Virus record (IMG/VR): IMGVR_UViG_3300032241_000649
Span: 24,723 to 88,722 of that record
Source: a virus
Direction: 5' to 3' (one strand)
Length of the DNA stretch: 64,000 bases
Below, piece by piece: positions 55,224 through 64,000 of the stretch. The translations under genes were made by a program, and so were the position numbers. Each line of letters begins with the position of its first letter. The first letter of the stretch is position 1. Below the pieces are notes generated by a model. The model ran no database searches, had not been told where the DNA came from, and worked only from the letters and a program-made list of their open reading frames with translations.

Positions 55224-55475
55224 TTACTTCTTTTTAACCTTCTTAGCTAAGGCCTTGTCCATCTTTTCGTCTTCCTTCATAGAAGGGTTCTTGGCATCCA
55301 TTTTCTTGTCTGCCTTTTCAAACTTAGACTTTTCTTTAGGAGTCATGCCCTTTTCAATCTTGGCATCAGCCTTCTTGTCAGCCTTAGAACGAGCTGCCTT
55401 GCAAGTAGCACAAGTACACTTACATCCTTTAGCTGGCTTTCCTGACTTACAGCCACAACCACATTTAGCGCACAT
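55224..55475 (-). CDS. Cys/Lys-rich small protein (metallothionein-like N-terminus)
   Basis: MCAKCGCGC...GCKCTCATC followed by a KADKK-rich tail. Confidence 0.65.
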   Translation of the reverse strand: MCAKCGCGCKSGKPAKGCKCTCATCKAARSKADKKADAKIEKGMTPKEKSKFEKADKKMDAKNPSMKEDEKMDKALAKKVKKK

Positions 55476-55645
55476 TACTTAGCCTTCTTCTTCTTAAGGG
55501 CCTTAAAGTCAGCCCCAGTAATTTTGTCTTTTGGTTCAGCAGCTCCAGCAATCTTCTTCTGACCGCCTTTTAGCTTAGACTTGCTCTTACCCTTGCCGTA
55601 TCCGGCTTCGCCCTTTTTCTTACCACATCCACATGCCATGCACAT
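55475..55645 (-). CDS. Lys-rich small protein
   Basis: MCMACGCGKKK...KITGADFKAL. Confidence 0.6.
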   Translation of the reverse strand: MCMACGCGKKKGEAGYGKGKSKSKLKGGQKKIAGAAEPKDKITGADFKALKKKKAK

Positions 55646-55647
55646 AG

Positions 55648-55839
55648 TTATTTCCCTTTCTTGTGAGTTGAATGCCACTGACGGCCAGCAGCAATTCCGT
55701 CATTTACTGTCTTGATCTTAGCATCCTTTTTGGTTAGGTCCAATGTAGGGCCGCCTCCATTTGGATGGCTAACTATAACATCACCCTTTTTGTTCTTAGT
55801 GAACTTGTGGGTCTTACCAGCGATCTTAACCTTAGCCAT
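55648..55839 (-). CDS. basic small protein
   Basis: ORF track; GAGG RBS. Confidence 0.6.
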   Translation of the reverse strand: MAKVKIAGKTHKFTKNKKGDVIVSHPNGGGPTLDLTKKDAKIKTVNDGIAAGRQWHSTHKKGK

Positions 55840-55963
55840 TTTTCTTCCTCTTCACTTTCTCAGGTAACTTCTTACCCTTAGGGGTTTTAGACTCAAACTC
55901 TGCTGCTAACTTAGGGTCCTTTGCATAAAGGGCCCGGCGCTGTGCTTTTGATTTAAATGGCAT
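55832..55963 (-). CDS. basic microprotein (43 aa)
   Basis: Read by hand: MPFKSKAQRRALYAKDPKLAAEFESKTPKGKKLPEKVK... Confidence 0.6.
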   Translation of the reverse strand: MPFKSKAQRRALYAKDPKLAAEFESKTPKGKKLPEKVKRKKNG

Positions 55964-55972
55964 AGGTGTATC

Positions 55973-56557
55973 TTACAGTGTAGTTGGATCAAATGGGCTA
56001 TAACCAGCATAATTCTGGAACTGAGGATCATTGACCAGCTCATCAGGATTAACCTGGTTTAGCTCAATGGATAGGACGGTATAGTGGTCTTTGATTATTC
56101 CTTTAGGGAATACCCGAACAGGGGTAAAAACTTCGTCCCTAAATACAACCCGGTCACGTAGGAATTCATCTGGGTTAATCTCTACTGTACTAAGCTGAGG
56201 TATAGTAGCTAGGCTAGAACCTAATAGGCTTAGCTGGTCTTCAACGACATCCACGTTAATTGTGAGGTGCAAAGTATCGGTGTTATAAAAACCACGGTCA
56301 TTTTGAACTGTAGCGCCTTGGCTGATAAAAGCATTAATTGTTGGGACAATCAAAGGGCCCTTCCAACGACGTCCACCTGTAGCTGGATCAGAAGAACCTA
56401 CATCGTAAATAGGGTCAACATGCGTAGCTACTGGGTCAAAGATCCACCACTGTACTTCAGTGCCAATGGTATGAACCATCTCTGTAGATGTTCCCGAAAT
56501 AATTGAACCACGCTCATAGTTAATATCAAAGCGGCCTTCTCTAATTTCACCACGCAT
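55973..56557 (-). CDS. head closure/neck protein
   Basis: DPIYDVG...W..P, DRVVF..EVF; position in the morphogenesis region. Confidence 0.55.
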   Translation of the reverse strand: MRGEIREGRFDINYERGSIISGTSTEMVHTIGTEVQWWIFDPVATHVDPIYDVGSSDPATGGRRWKGPLIVPTINAFISQGATVQNDRGFYNTDTLHLTINVDVVEDQLSLLGSSLATIPQLSTVEINPDEFLRDRVVFRDEVFTPVRVFPKGIIKDHYTVLSIELNQVNPDELVNDPQFQNYAGYSPFDPTTL

Positions 56558-56567
56558 TACTTACTCC

Positions 56568-57467
56568 TTATGAGTTTCTAGCTACTGCGGCTACCCAAGA
56601 AAAAATACGGGATCTTGTAGTTAAACTGCCCTCATATGTTTGAATGTTAGCAACAAAGCCCGTAGTAGAAGTTGTATTAATATAAATTTCAGCCCCAGGT
56701 TCAGAACCAACAGGCTCTGGAAGTGAGCTCCAACCTGTACAAACAATAGGTGCAGAAGTATATGTAGTTCCAAAACCAGGAGAGTTAATAAATGATGGGG
56801 TAATAGTTGTGTTTGCGGTTGTAACACTTCCACTACTAATGCCATCAGCAGCGCTTGCTGGAGGATTGGCAATCCAAGAAAATTGACCAACGTATTTATT
56901 TCTCCAGTAATCTCCAACTTCACCTTGAGTAACAGTAACGTTAAACCCGTTTAAATCTACGCTATCTACAAAATGATTTAAGTTATCTGTATTAAGCATG
57001 CCAGATGTAATATCTCTGTGGGTAGTTACTACGGTAGGAATACTTGTGTATGCTGTTGGGAAGTTAACTCTAAATCTTCCATTGGTATCGGTTGTTGCTG
57101 CTGAGGTGTACCCTGCTGACAAACCAAATGATGAAGAGACCGGCTGTACCGCAATCCAGTTAACAGTCATGCTTAACCCTGTTGTGGCGTAACCATTTTC
57201 AAGATCATTTGCATAAATATCAAAACCAGTGGTAGTTACATTAGCCGCAGCTAATGTAACACTAAGGCTGCCTGTACCAACTATATTAAGTATTATAGAT
57301 GGAATAGAAGAAAGAGGCGTAGTAAAGGTTACATGGATAAGTCCCGAACCATTTGTAGTTCCCGTAATAGTTCCAGCTTTATACGCATACTGGGTATTTG
57401 GGTTAAACAGATGGAACCTATCACCAGTATTTATGCTACTAGAAGTAAGGCTTCTCTTTAGTGTCAT
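56568..57467 (-). CDS. virion protein with three H-type-lectin-like repeats
   Basis: Repeated V.F..P.S.IP.V....T.TGF......WIA units. Confidence 0.6.
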   Translation of the reverse strand: MTLKRSLTSSSINTGDRFHLFNPNTQYAYKAGTITGTTNGSGLIHVTFTTPLSSIPSIILNIVGTGSLSVTLAAANVTTTGFDIYANDLENGYATTGLSMTVNWIAVQPVSSSFGLSAGYTSAATTDTNGRFRVNFPTAYTSIPTVVTTHRDITSGMLNTDNLNHFVDSVDLNGFNVTVTQGEVGDYWRNKYVGQFSWIANPPASAADGISSGSVTTANTTITPSFINSPGFGTTYTSAPIVCTGWSSLPEPVGSEPGAEIYINTTSTTGFVANIQTYEGSLTTRSRIFSWVAAVARNS

Positions 57468-57469
57468 AG

Positions 57470-57808
57470 TTAGGCGATTTCAGATCCAAAAGCTGAGAAG
57501 GAAATAGTAGAGGTAGATGCGTAAGTAATGATCTTATCACCGGTTGCAAGGGTAATGCCTAGGGTTAAAGCCGTAGTATCGTTACCAGCAATAGGTGCAT
57601 TGTAAACAATATAGTTTAGTGGCACAGCTGAACCTGTAGCTGCAGGAACTACAGCAACGGAGTAAGATGCTCCAGAGCTAACTTGGTTACAAACTGTAAT
57701 AGTAGAAACTACCGCCTGAGCACCTGCTGTATATACAGTTACTGGTGTTGTTGCAGGGGTTGTTACGCTGGACATTTTCTGTCCCAAAATCTTGTATGTG
57801 ATTGCCAT
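57470..57808 (-). CDS. virion structural protein
   Basis: MAITYKILGQ...VSTITVCN...LGITL...SFSAFGSEI beta-sandwich. Confidence 0.6.
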   Translation of the reverse strand: MAITYKILGQKMSSVTTPATTPVTVYTAGAQAVVSTITVCNQVSSGASYSVAVVPAATGSAVPLNYIVYNAPIAGNDTTALTLGITLATGDKIITYASTSTISFSAFGSEIA

Positions 57809-57885
57809 GAGACTCCTCAAGAGGTACTAGTAGCCTAAAGTATAGGCCATGAATTGAGCAACTGGCGCCCAAACTGATATAGGTG

Positions 57886-57891
57886 TATAAT
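57886..57891 (+). promoter_or_regulatory. -10 box of a probable leaderless promoter for the inverted cassette
   Basis: TATAAT followed by 7 nt, then the ATG at 57899; no SD. Confidence 0.5.
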
Positions 57892-57898
57892 AACATAT

Positions 57899-58909
57899 AT
57901 GGATAACTTGGTGCAACGGGCGGTAGCCCAGGGCGGGAAACTTGCCCCATTAGTAATATCCCAGGGATTAACCGCTGGGACAGGCTTGATGAACCCCTCA
58001 ATCTTTATTGATGATGATGGTGAGATTCTCTGCGTACTTCGTCACGTAAACTACACTCTTTACCATTCTGAGAATACCCAACAGTTTCCTAGTCGTTGGG
58101 GCCCACTGTCCTATTTGCACCCTGAGAAAGACCAACGCCTAGTTACTACTAATTATCTAATGCGTCTAGATGCCGATCTTAATGTTAAAAACCATTGTCT
58201 TATTGATACCTCTAAGCTAGACATTACCCCAATTTGGGAGTTTGTCGGAGAAGAAGATTGCCGCCTTGTACAGTGGGATGGAGACTACTACGCTATTGGT
58301 GTACGTCGTGATACCACTTCGCATGGTCAAGGACGTATGGAGCTTTCAAAGATTGAGTTAGATAAAAAGTCTTGGACAGCAAAAGAAGTCTCCCGACTTC
58401 GTGTGCCAACTCCTGGGGATGATACTTCCTACTGTGAGAAGAACTGGGTTCCAGTATTAGATCTTCCCTATCATTTTGTAAAATGGTCTTCTCCGGTAGA
58501 AATTGTACGCACCTATCCGGACCTGCCCCCACGCTGCGAGCAGGTATCCCTACGCCAAGGTATAGTTCCTCCCAAAGATCTTAGAGGAGGCTCTCAGCTA
58601 GTTAAGTGGGGCAATGTATATCTTTCTATTGCCCATGAGGTAGACCTTTATAAGAACTACCTATCACAGAAAGATGGGGTTTATCGCCATCGCCTATGCG
58701 TCTGGGATGACCAGCTTAATCTAGTTGGACTATCCCCAGAACCATTTAGCTTCTTAGACGCTAAGATTGAATTCTGCGCTGGAGCTGCTGTACATAATGG
58801 TGATCTTCTTATCAGCTTTGGGTTTCAAGATAATGCGGCCTTTGTTCTACGCACCCCGAAACTAGTTGTAGAAGACATGCTAATGGAGGCTCTATCCTAT
58901 GGTAACTGA
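57899..58909 (+). CDS. GH130-like five-bladed beta-propeller glycosidase/phosphorylase
   Basis: MNPSI, GEEDCRL, CEKNWVP, LRGGSQ, YRHR, IEFCAG, ISFGFQD. Confidence 0.7.
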   Translation: MDNLVQRAVAQGGKLAPLVISQGLTAGTGLMNPSIFIDDDGEILCVLRHVNYTLYHSENTQQFPSRWGPLSYLHPEKDQRLVTTNYLMRLDADLNVKNHCLIDTSKLDITPIWEFVGEEDCRLVQWDGDYYAIGVRRDTTSHGQGRMELSKIELDKKSWTAKEVSRLRVPTPGDDTSYCEKNWVPVLDLPYHFVKWSSPVEIVRTYPDLPPRCEQVSLRQGIVPPKDLRGGSQLVKWGNVYLSIAHEVDLYKNYLSQKDGVYRHRLCVWDDQLNLVGLSPEPFSFLDAKIEFCAGAAVHNGDLLISFGFQDNAAFVLRTPKLVVEDMLMEALSYGN

Positions 58910-59465
58910 ATTGACCGTCCGACTCTCTACCGACCCTTTTAACCCAGAGTACAACTTTGATTTGGCAAAGGAGTACGAGCGCCTAGGACAGACAGCATCG
59001 GCTGTTTCTTTCTACCTACGTGCTGCTGAGTACGGAGTAGAAAGTTCTCCGCTTATTGTTTACACTTCATTGCTTAAGATGGCTAAATGCTTTGATGATC
59101 AAAATGATCGGGTTCATACAGTTACTAACTGCCTGCTTCAAGCTATTGCTTATTTGCCTAACCGACCAGAAGCTTACTTTGCCCTATCTCAATTCCATGA
59201 ACGCCTAGGACAATGGCAGGAATGCTACACATGGGCTGAGGTTGGTCTGGCTCGGGATTTGATTTCATCCCCACTTCCAGCGCAAGTAGGGTATATAGCA
59301 CCCTACTGTTTACAGTTTGAAAAGGCTGTGTCTGCTTGGTGGATTGGTCGTAAGGATGAATCTTTTAAAATATTTAAAGAACTAAGTGAGCTTGCGTACA
59401 TGCTTGATGAGTACAAGGTTGCCGTAAAGAATAACCTCAATCGGATCAGCCTTGCTACTGTTTGA
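58899..59465 (+). CDS. TPR-repeat protein
   Basis: FDLAKEYERLGQ..SA..FY.RA; AIAYLPNRPEAYFALS. Confidence 0.75.
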   Translation: MVTELTVRLSTDPFNPEYNFDLAKEYERLGQTASAVSFYLRAAEYGVESSPLIVYTSLLKMAKCFDDQNDRVHTVTNCLLQAIAYLPNRPEAYFALSQFHERLGQWQECYTWAEVGLARDLISSPLPAQVGYIAPYCLQFEKAVSAWWIGRKDESFKIFKELSELAYMLDEYKVAVKNNLNRISLATV

Positions 59466-60117
59466 TATAGGGGCTAATCGGGGAGATGCCACAGTTGTAG
59501 GGGTGGCTCTAGGATACCGCGTAATCGCCCTAGAAGCGGCTCCTAAGGTCTTTAGAGAGCTGGTTGGTAACTTTGTATACACACCACAAGTTTTGCCCCT
59601 TAAAATGGCTGTAGCCAACACAAACAATGAGGTCATTGAGTTTTATGAGGCTCAAGAAGATGGCCTATCCACCATGAACAAGGATTGGCTAACCGCCGAA
59701 ACCATGCCCTATAAAGGCAAGCCCTTTAGAACTATTACAGCTACAACCATAACTATAGATAAGTTGGTTGAGCTATATGGTGAGCCCGACTTAATTAAGG
59801 TGGATGTTGAGGGTGCCGAGTGGGCTGTATTCCAAGGAATGACTAAGAGCTATGGCATGCTGGCTTTTGAGTGGACTGATGTCACTATTGATGAGCATAT
59901 CAAGCAGTTAGAGTATCTAAGATCCTTGGGATACAAAGAGGTTGCCCCGCAGTTTATTGTAGATCATCTTGATACCCCAGATGATTGGTATGATTTGAGT
60001 ACTTTTGATTTTAAGAAATGGCTATCTGACTACGCGCCTTTGTGGGTAGCAGGTGGTTGGGAGAAGGCAAACCTTAGACCTACAGCTGATGTAGGCATGA
60101 TGTGGTTAAGGGTTTAA
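59452..60117 (+). CDS. FkbM-family SAM-dependent methyltransferase
   Basis: FDIGANRG, ALEA, IKVDVEGAE..V..G. Confidence 0.85.
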   Translation: MLLFDIGANRGDATVVGVALGYRVIALEAAPKVFRELVGNFVYTPQVLPLKMAVANTNNEVIEFYEAQEDGLSTMNKDWLTAETMPYKGKPFRTITATTITIDKLVELYGEPDLIKVDVEGAEWAVFQGMTKSYGMLAFEWTDVTIDEHIKQLEYLRSLGYKEVAPQFIVDHLDTPDDWYDLSTFDFKKWLSDYAPLWVAGGWEKANLRPTADVGMMWLRV

Positions 60118-60843
60118 AGTACCGTCAAACTCATAAGATCCAACATGGGTTGTCTTAGCGTATGGGGCGGCAAATACTTTGCCCCCTAAGTCTCTCCACA
60201 TATTGCAGAAGTTCACATCTTCACCCATTAGAAGTCCTGAACTTGATACCTCACATTTCCAGTATTGATTAAGAGTATCCCCTGGGTTAATACCAAAAAC
60301 ACCCGTAGATGAAAATAGATAAGATTTAGTTTGGGGCTTTAGCTTTTCAAATACAGAGCGCTTGATGATCATCATACCTGTGCCAATATGGGATACTTCA
60401 AAAGACTTAGTAAAGTCTTCTGGTTGCTCGGCACCAGATAGTAGGGCTAGATTAAACTCCCCACTAAACTTGCTGAGCTTATCTGCAGGCACCCCGTGTT
60501 TTGTAGCTTCTGAGACCGTGTCCCAGTTAATACGCTTTTTAGGGACAACCCCACCAATAATATCTTTATCTTCTTTAATCATGCGTAGTACATCTTCTGG
60601 CTTAAAAGACTGGTCCGCATCTATAAAGAATAGATAGTTACAGCCAGAATTTAAGAACATCTGGGTAAGGGAATCTCTTGCCTCTGTGATAATAGAGTTA
60701 TTATACATATCCCTAAACTGGACCTCGTAACCACTATCAAGTAAGAGCTTCATAGTGTTAAATAGGCTTTTAGCATAGGAGCCATGGCACATACCTCCGT
60801 ACATCGGGGTAGCAATAAATACTGACTGTGGTTTCTTAGCCAT
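60106..60843 (-). CDS. GT-A-fold glycosyltransferase-like protein
   Basis: IATPMYGG, AR, LFFIDAD, GTGMMIIKRSVFE, GEDVNFC, HVG. Confidence 0.75.
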   Translation of the reverse strand: MAKKPQSVFIATPMYGGMCHGSYAKSLFNTMKLLLDSGYEVQFRDMYNNSIITEARDSLTQMFLNSGCNYLFFIDADQSFKPEDVLRMIKEDKDIIGGVVPKKRINWDTVSEATKHGVPADKLSKFSGEFNLALLSGAEQPEDFTKSFEVSHIGTGMMIIKRSVFEKLKPQTKSYLFSSTGVFGINPGDTLNQYWKCEVSSSGLLMGEDVNFCNMWRDLGGKVFAAPYAKTTHVGSYEFDGTLNP

Positions 60844-61553
60844 TAGAGCCTCTGTTTAAATGTAGAGGGATCAAAGTTCTTAGGGATATGGTCCCAGGTA
60901 ATAGGTTGTTTCTTCATGTGGGTTACTAGAACTGTAGGATCAAAGTAAAGTTCAATACCTGCACGGTAGGCTTTAACGCACCAAGATATGTCCTCACCCA
61001 CGGCATCCATAATATCTTTGCCGTTTGAATCTTCCCCAACTTTTACATACTCGTGGGAGAACCAAGGTCGTTGAATCTTTTCAAATACTCCCGACTTCAT
61101 GGCTATAAAACCAAACCCGCAACTTTGGACACGTAAAGGTTCTGTAAGCTTTACAATCTCATGGGCAGGCATACCGCCAGGTGCTCCCCATGCATGAACA
61201 GTTGTAGTCATACCATCAGCTAATAAATAAGAGCCGCAGGCTACATCGTACTTTGAATCGTAAATCTTGAAGAATTGCTCAGGAGTCCAAGCAATATCTG
61301 AATCAATCCAAAAGATCTTGTTGTAGGTTATGTCCTTGCCACCAGGTGTAGTTTGGGTGGGATCAAGCTGCATTCCCTCTATACCACTAGCGGTTAACTC
61401 ACGGGCATGATGAACAAGGGATGTGTAGGCGTTTAACCACTTGTAAGTGATTCCCCGCCTATCACATTCGGCTAAAGTTAGCACTAGACTCTTAACATAC
61501 TGAGCCTCTAGCATTGCGCCGGGTGTTGCAATTAATACGTCATAGTGTTTCAT
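60843..61553 (-). CDS. GT-A-fold glycosyltransferase-like protein
   Basis: IATPG, FWIDSDI, GFGFIAMKSGVFE.I.RPWF, GEDISWC, V.HMK. Confidence 0.75.
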   Translation of the reverse strand: MKHYDVLIATPGAMLEAQYVKSLVLTLAECDRRGITYKWLNAYTSLVHHARELTASGIEGMQLDPTQTTPGGKDITYNKIFWIDSDIAWTPEQFFKIYDSKYDVACGSYLLADGMTTTVHAWGAPGGMPAHEIVKLTEPLRVQSCGFGFIAMKSGVFEKIQRPWFSHEYVKVGEDSNGKDIMDAVGEDISWCVKAYRAGIELYFDPTVLVTHMKKQPITWDHIPKNFDPSTFKQRL

Positions 61554-61573
61554 TTAGTCGCCCTCGTTAATAG

Positions 61574-61858
61574 TTATTCTGCTGGATTACGGCTAGCTTC
61601 TAGTTCAGCCTGTTGAGCTGCAATTTCTTCAGGTGTAGGCTTTTTGCGACCCTCTTCTCCACGATTCCCTGGAGCATATGGGGCATCTTCGTTTACAATA
61701 GATTCAATGTATAGTTCTGCCCAAGCTGCTGCTTCAGCAGCATCTGCCCAAGCATCTCCACCTGGATAGGTTGGTTGATAGAGGGATGGGACTGTATTAT
61801 CATCATAGAATACCTTTACGGCATTTGTACCATCTTCGATTTCATATCTTACTGACAT
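61574..61858 (-). CDS. acidic hypothetical protein (possible fibre chaperone)
   Basis: AGGAG RBS; follows the fibre genes. Confidence 0.6.
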   Translation of the reverse strand: MSVRYEIEDGTNAVKVFYDDNTVPSLYQPTYPGGDAWADAAEAAAWAELYIESIVNEDAPYAPGNRGEEGRKKPTPEEIAAQQAELEASRNPAE

Positions 61859-61900
61859 ATTTTCTCCTATAGGTTTGTCTATATACTATTATAGCAGGGT

Positions 61901-63400
61901 TTAGTTAGAACCTATAATCTGCCATGCCTGCCCATTACTAACTAGGCGGGCATACTTTCCAGCTCCGGATAGTATAGCAGTTCCTATAGTTGTTGATCCT
62001 ATTGGATAAACGTTAGAGCTAGCCGAGGTAACGGCAAAGGCGGCTATCTGCTTCATAACTATCTCCCGTCCAGGATATAATCCGGGGTTTGGCAAGGTTA
62101 CTGTACAAGCAGCCGTAGTGTTAAATACCACCCAGTTTTCATATTGACCTATAGTATAAGTAGTAACCCCTATTGGTTGATATGGGGCCGCGTTAATATA
62201 TTGCTGGCTAGTTTGATTTACAAAGTTTGTTGCAGTTACTGACCACCAGTATGCAGTTGATGGCATAGTTGTTAAAGTCCAGGTAATACCGTCGGTAGAG
62301 TTAGCCGCTGTAGTTGTGCTGTAATCTAATGCAACAAATACACCATTTCCGTAAGTTATTGAAGACCAATATCCAGATACTGGCAAAGTCCTAGTAGTCC
62401 AGGTAATTCCATCAGTTGAGGTAGACGCTGTAGAGAAGTTTTGTGTTACTGCAGCAAAAACACCATTACCATAAGCTACTGCTTGCCAGACTGCAGCTGC
62501 TGGCAAAGTTCTTAAAGTCCAGGTAATTCCATCAGTAGAAGAGGCTGCTGTTGTTGTATTTGTGTTGCCTGCTACTGCAGCAAAAACACCATTTCCATAA
62601 GTTACTGACCACCAGTATGCAGATGCTGGCAAAGTTCTTAGCGTCCAAGTGATTCCATCGGTAGAAGAGGCCGCTGTTGTTGTGTTTTGTGATACTGCAG
62701 CAAACACACCATTACCGTAAGTTACTGCTTGCCACTGTGCAGATGATGGCAAAGTTGTTAAAGACCATGTAATACCATCAGTTGAGTAAGTTGCTGAAGT
62801 TGATACTGAGGCGCCACCTGCGATTGCAGCAAATACTCGATTACCATAAGCTACCGATTGCCAGGTTGCAACTGCTGGTAATGTTGCTGTTATCCAAGTG
62901 ATTCCATCGGTTGAAGAAGCCGCTGTTGTTGAGTTGTATACTACTGCAGCAAATGTTCCGTTTCCATATGCTACTGAACGCCACTGTCCAGATGCTGGCA
63001 AAGTTCTCAAAGTCCAAGTAACCCCATCTGTTGATGAAGCAGCCGTTGTTGTTGCAAGTGATGCTATGGCAACAAATAAACTTTGGGGTGCTAAAATACC
63101 TGATGTACCCTGAATACCCTGAATACCAGTAGTACCTGTAAATCCCTGAGTGCCTGTTATGCCTTGTAATCCTGTTGGTCCCTGAGCCCCAGTTATTCCC
63201 TGGGTTCCTAAAATACCCTGAGAACCAACAACAGTGCCTTGAGAACCATTTGTACCTTGTAGGCCTTGAGTACCTTGAGTTCCTCCGCTAGATGTAGTAA
63301 CAAGATCCCAGGTAGAAGTACTAGAGTTATATGACCATGACTTTAAACCTGATGTATATACCTGACCATTAGTAGGTGATGCTGGAAATGAAAGTGCCAT
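61901..63400 (-). CDS. tail fibre/virion appendage: collagen-like stalk, beta-propeller repeats and C-terminal beta domain
   Basis: MALSFPASPTNGQ; GxQ triplets; repeated SSTDGITWT..TLP...W..V.YGNG.F. Confidence 0.8.
   Translation of the reverse strand: MALSFPASPTNGQVYTSGLKSWSYNSSTSTWDLVTTSSGGTQGTQGLQGTNGSQGTVVGSQGILGTQGITGAQGPTGLQGITGTQGFTGTTGIQGIQGTSGILAPQSLFVAIASLATTTAASSTDGVTWTLRTLPASGQWRSVAYGNGTFAAVVYNSTTAASSTDGITWITATLPAVATWQSVAYGNRVFAAIAGGASVSTSATYSTDGITWSLTTLPSSAQWQAVTYGNGVFAAVSQNTTTAASSTDGITWTLRTLPASAYWWSVTYGNGVFAAVAGNTNTTTAASSTDGITWTLRTLPAAAVWQAVAYGNGVFAAVTQNFSTASTSTDGITWTTRTLPVSGYWSSITYGNGVFVALDYSTTTAANSTDGITWTLTTMPSTAYWWSVTATNFVNQTSQQYINAAPYQPIGVTTYTIGQYENWVVFNTTAACTVTLPNPGLYPGREIVMKQIAAFAVTSASSNVYPIGSTTIGTAILSGAGKYARLVSNGQAWQIIGSN
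62230..63050 (-). repeat. degenerate ~120-bp tandem coding repeats (about 6-7 units)
   Basis: Recurrent gctggcaaagttct..gtccaggtaattccatc.gt blocks encoding propeller blades. Confidence 0.8.
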
Positions 63401-64000
63401 TAGTTAGCCTCCATAGTAATCCAAGTTTGTCCATTGCTGACTAGTCTTGCAAATTTACCAGCTGTTGCTGCAAGTATTGCTGTTCCAATTGTTGTTGATC
63501 CTAATGGATAAACGTTAGATATTGAAGAGTTAACTGCAAAAGCTGCTGTATTCATAATAGTAATCTCACGCCCAGGGTATGCTCCAGGGTTTGGCAGAGT
63601 AATTGTAGTAGTAGCAGTTGCTCTAAGTGTTACATACTTTTCATTAACACCTACAGTATAAGAGTTAACAGAAACAGGTTGATATGGGGCAGTCTTAGTA
63701 AGTATTGGAGTAGTAGGGTTATAAAATGGAACTACTCCACCACCAGTCCATCCACTACTTGCTGTTATAGATCTTACTGTCCAGGTAGTTCCATCTGTAG
63801 ATACCCCAACTGTTGTAGATCCAACAGTAGTAGCTATATAAATACCTTGCCCATAACTTATAGCATTCCAAACAAGAGATGCCGGCATTGTAACAACGGA
63901 CCAAGTTATACCATCAGATGAATAGGTTGCAGCGGTAGATCCAGCTGCAAGATTAGAAATAGCCACAACTCCATTATGGCCGGCAGCTATATCCCAATAA
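63400..64000 (-). CDS. paralogous fibre protein (5'-partial; frame open to the window edge)
   Basis: Same SSDGITW repeats and same C-terminal TLPNPG.YPGREI...SNVYP.GSTTIGTAIL...ARLVSNGQ.W domain. Confidence 0.75.
   Translation of the reverse strand, partial: YWDIAAGHNGVVAISNLAAGSTAATYSSDGITWSVVTMPASLVWNAISYGQGIYIATTVGSTTVGVSTDGTTWTVRSITASSGWTGGGVVPFYNPTTPILTKTAPYQPVSVNSYTVGVNEKYVTLRATATTTITLPNPGAYPGREITIMNTAAFAVNSSISNVYPLGSTTIGTAILAATAGKFARLVSNGQTWITMEAN

Noticed and set aside
62230-63050. Periodic repeats as a CRISPR array or DGR template/variable repeats
   Set aside because: They are in-frame degenerate coding repeats with no unique spacers, and no reverse transcriptase is in the window.
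1-64000. Alternative genetic code or prophage/host boundary
   Set aside because: Standard-code ORFs tile the window densely and all three stop codons terminate genes. No integrase, att-like junction or host housekeeping block was seen.

Overview
This window is part of a large contractile-tailed (myovirus-type) dsDNA phage genome, GC roughly in the low-to-mid 40s by eye. The host is probably an actinobacterium, given two WhiB genes, leaderless sigma70-type promoters and an actinobacterial 16S anti-SD match. About 1-6.9 kb is a + strand early/accessory arm: a MoxR/CobS-like AAA ATPase with a vWA-metallopeptidase partner, a pyrimidine-dimer glycosylase, a HicA-like gene and many microproteins. 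It ends at a bidirectional terminator. About 7-64 kb is almost all on the - strand. In coordinate order it holds a class II RNR, a TGT-like/HAD-like/nucleotidyltransferase cluster, low-complexity hypotheticals, a lysis cassette and SpoVS. Next come recombination and replication genes (resolvases, Cas4-like exonuclease, RecA, PolA, SSB, SNF2 helicase, dNMP kinase, primase, DnaB, DnaC-like loader, initiator). Then follow baseplate, tape measure, tube, sheath and neck genes, a partly inverted glycan-modification cassette, and repeat-rich fibre genes. No capsid, terminase, integrase, tRNA or CRISPR array was recognised. The best leads are: (1) a ~166-nt multi-branched candidate ncRNA at 594-759; (2) an asymmetric motif CCAACACAAAC repeated about every 1 kb across the early arm; (3) a hairpin between ssb and polA whose loop reproduces the actinobacterial 16S anti-Shine-Dalgarno tail; (4) a cluster of an NTase, a degenerate HAD and a degenerate TGT barrel fused to a Cys4 domain, next to RNR; (5) a probable +1 frameshift (UUU CGU UGA) in the tail chaperone; (6) a palindrome cluster inside the initiator gene, a candidate origin. 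All family calls come from recognising motifs by eye, not from database searches.
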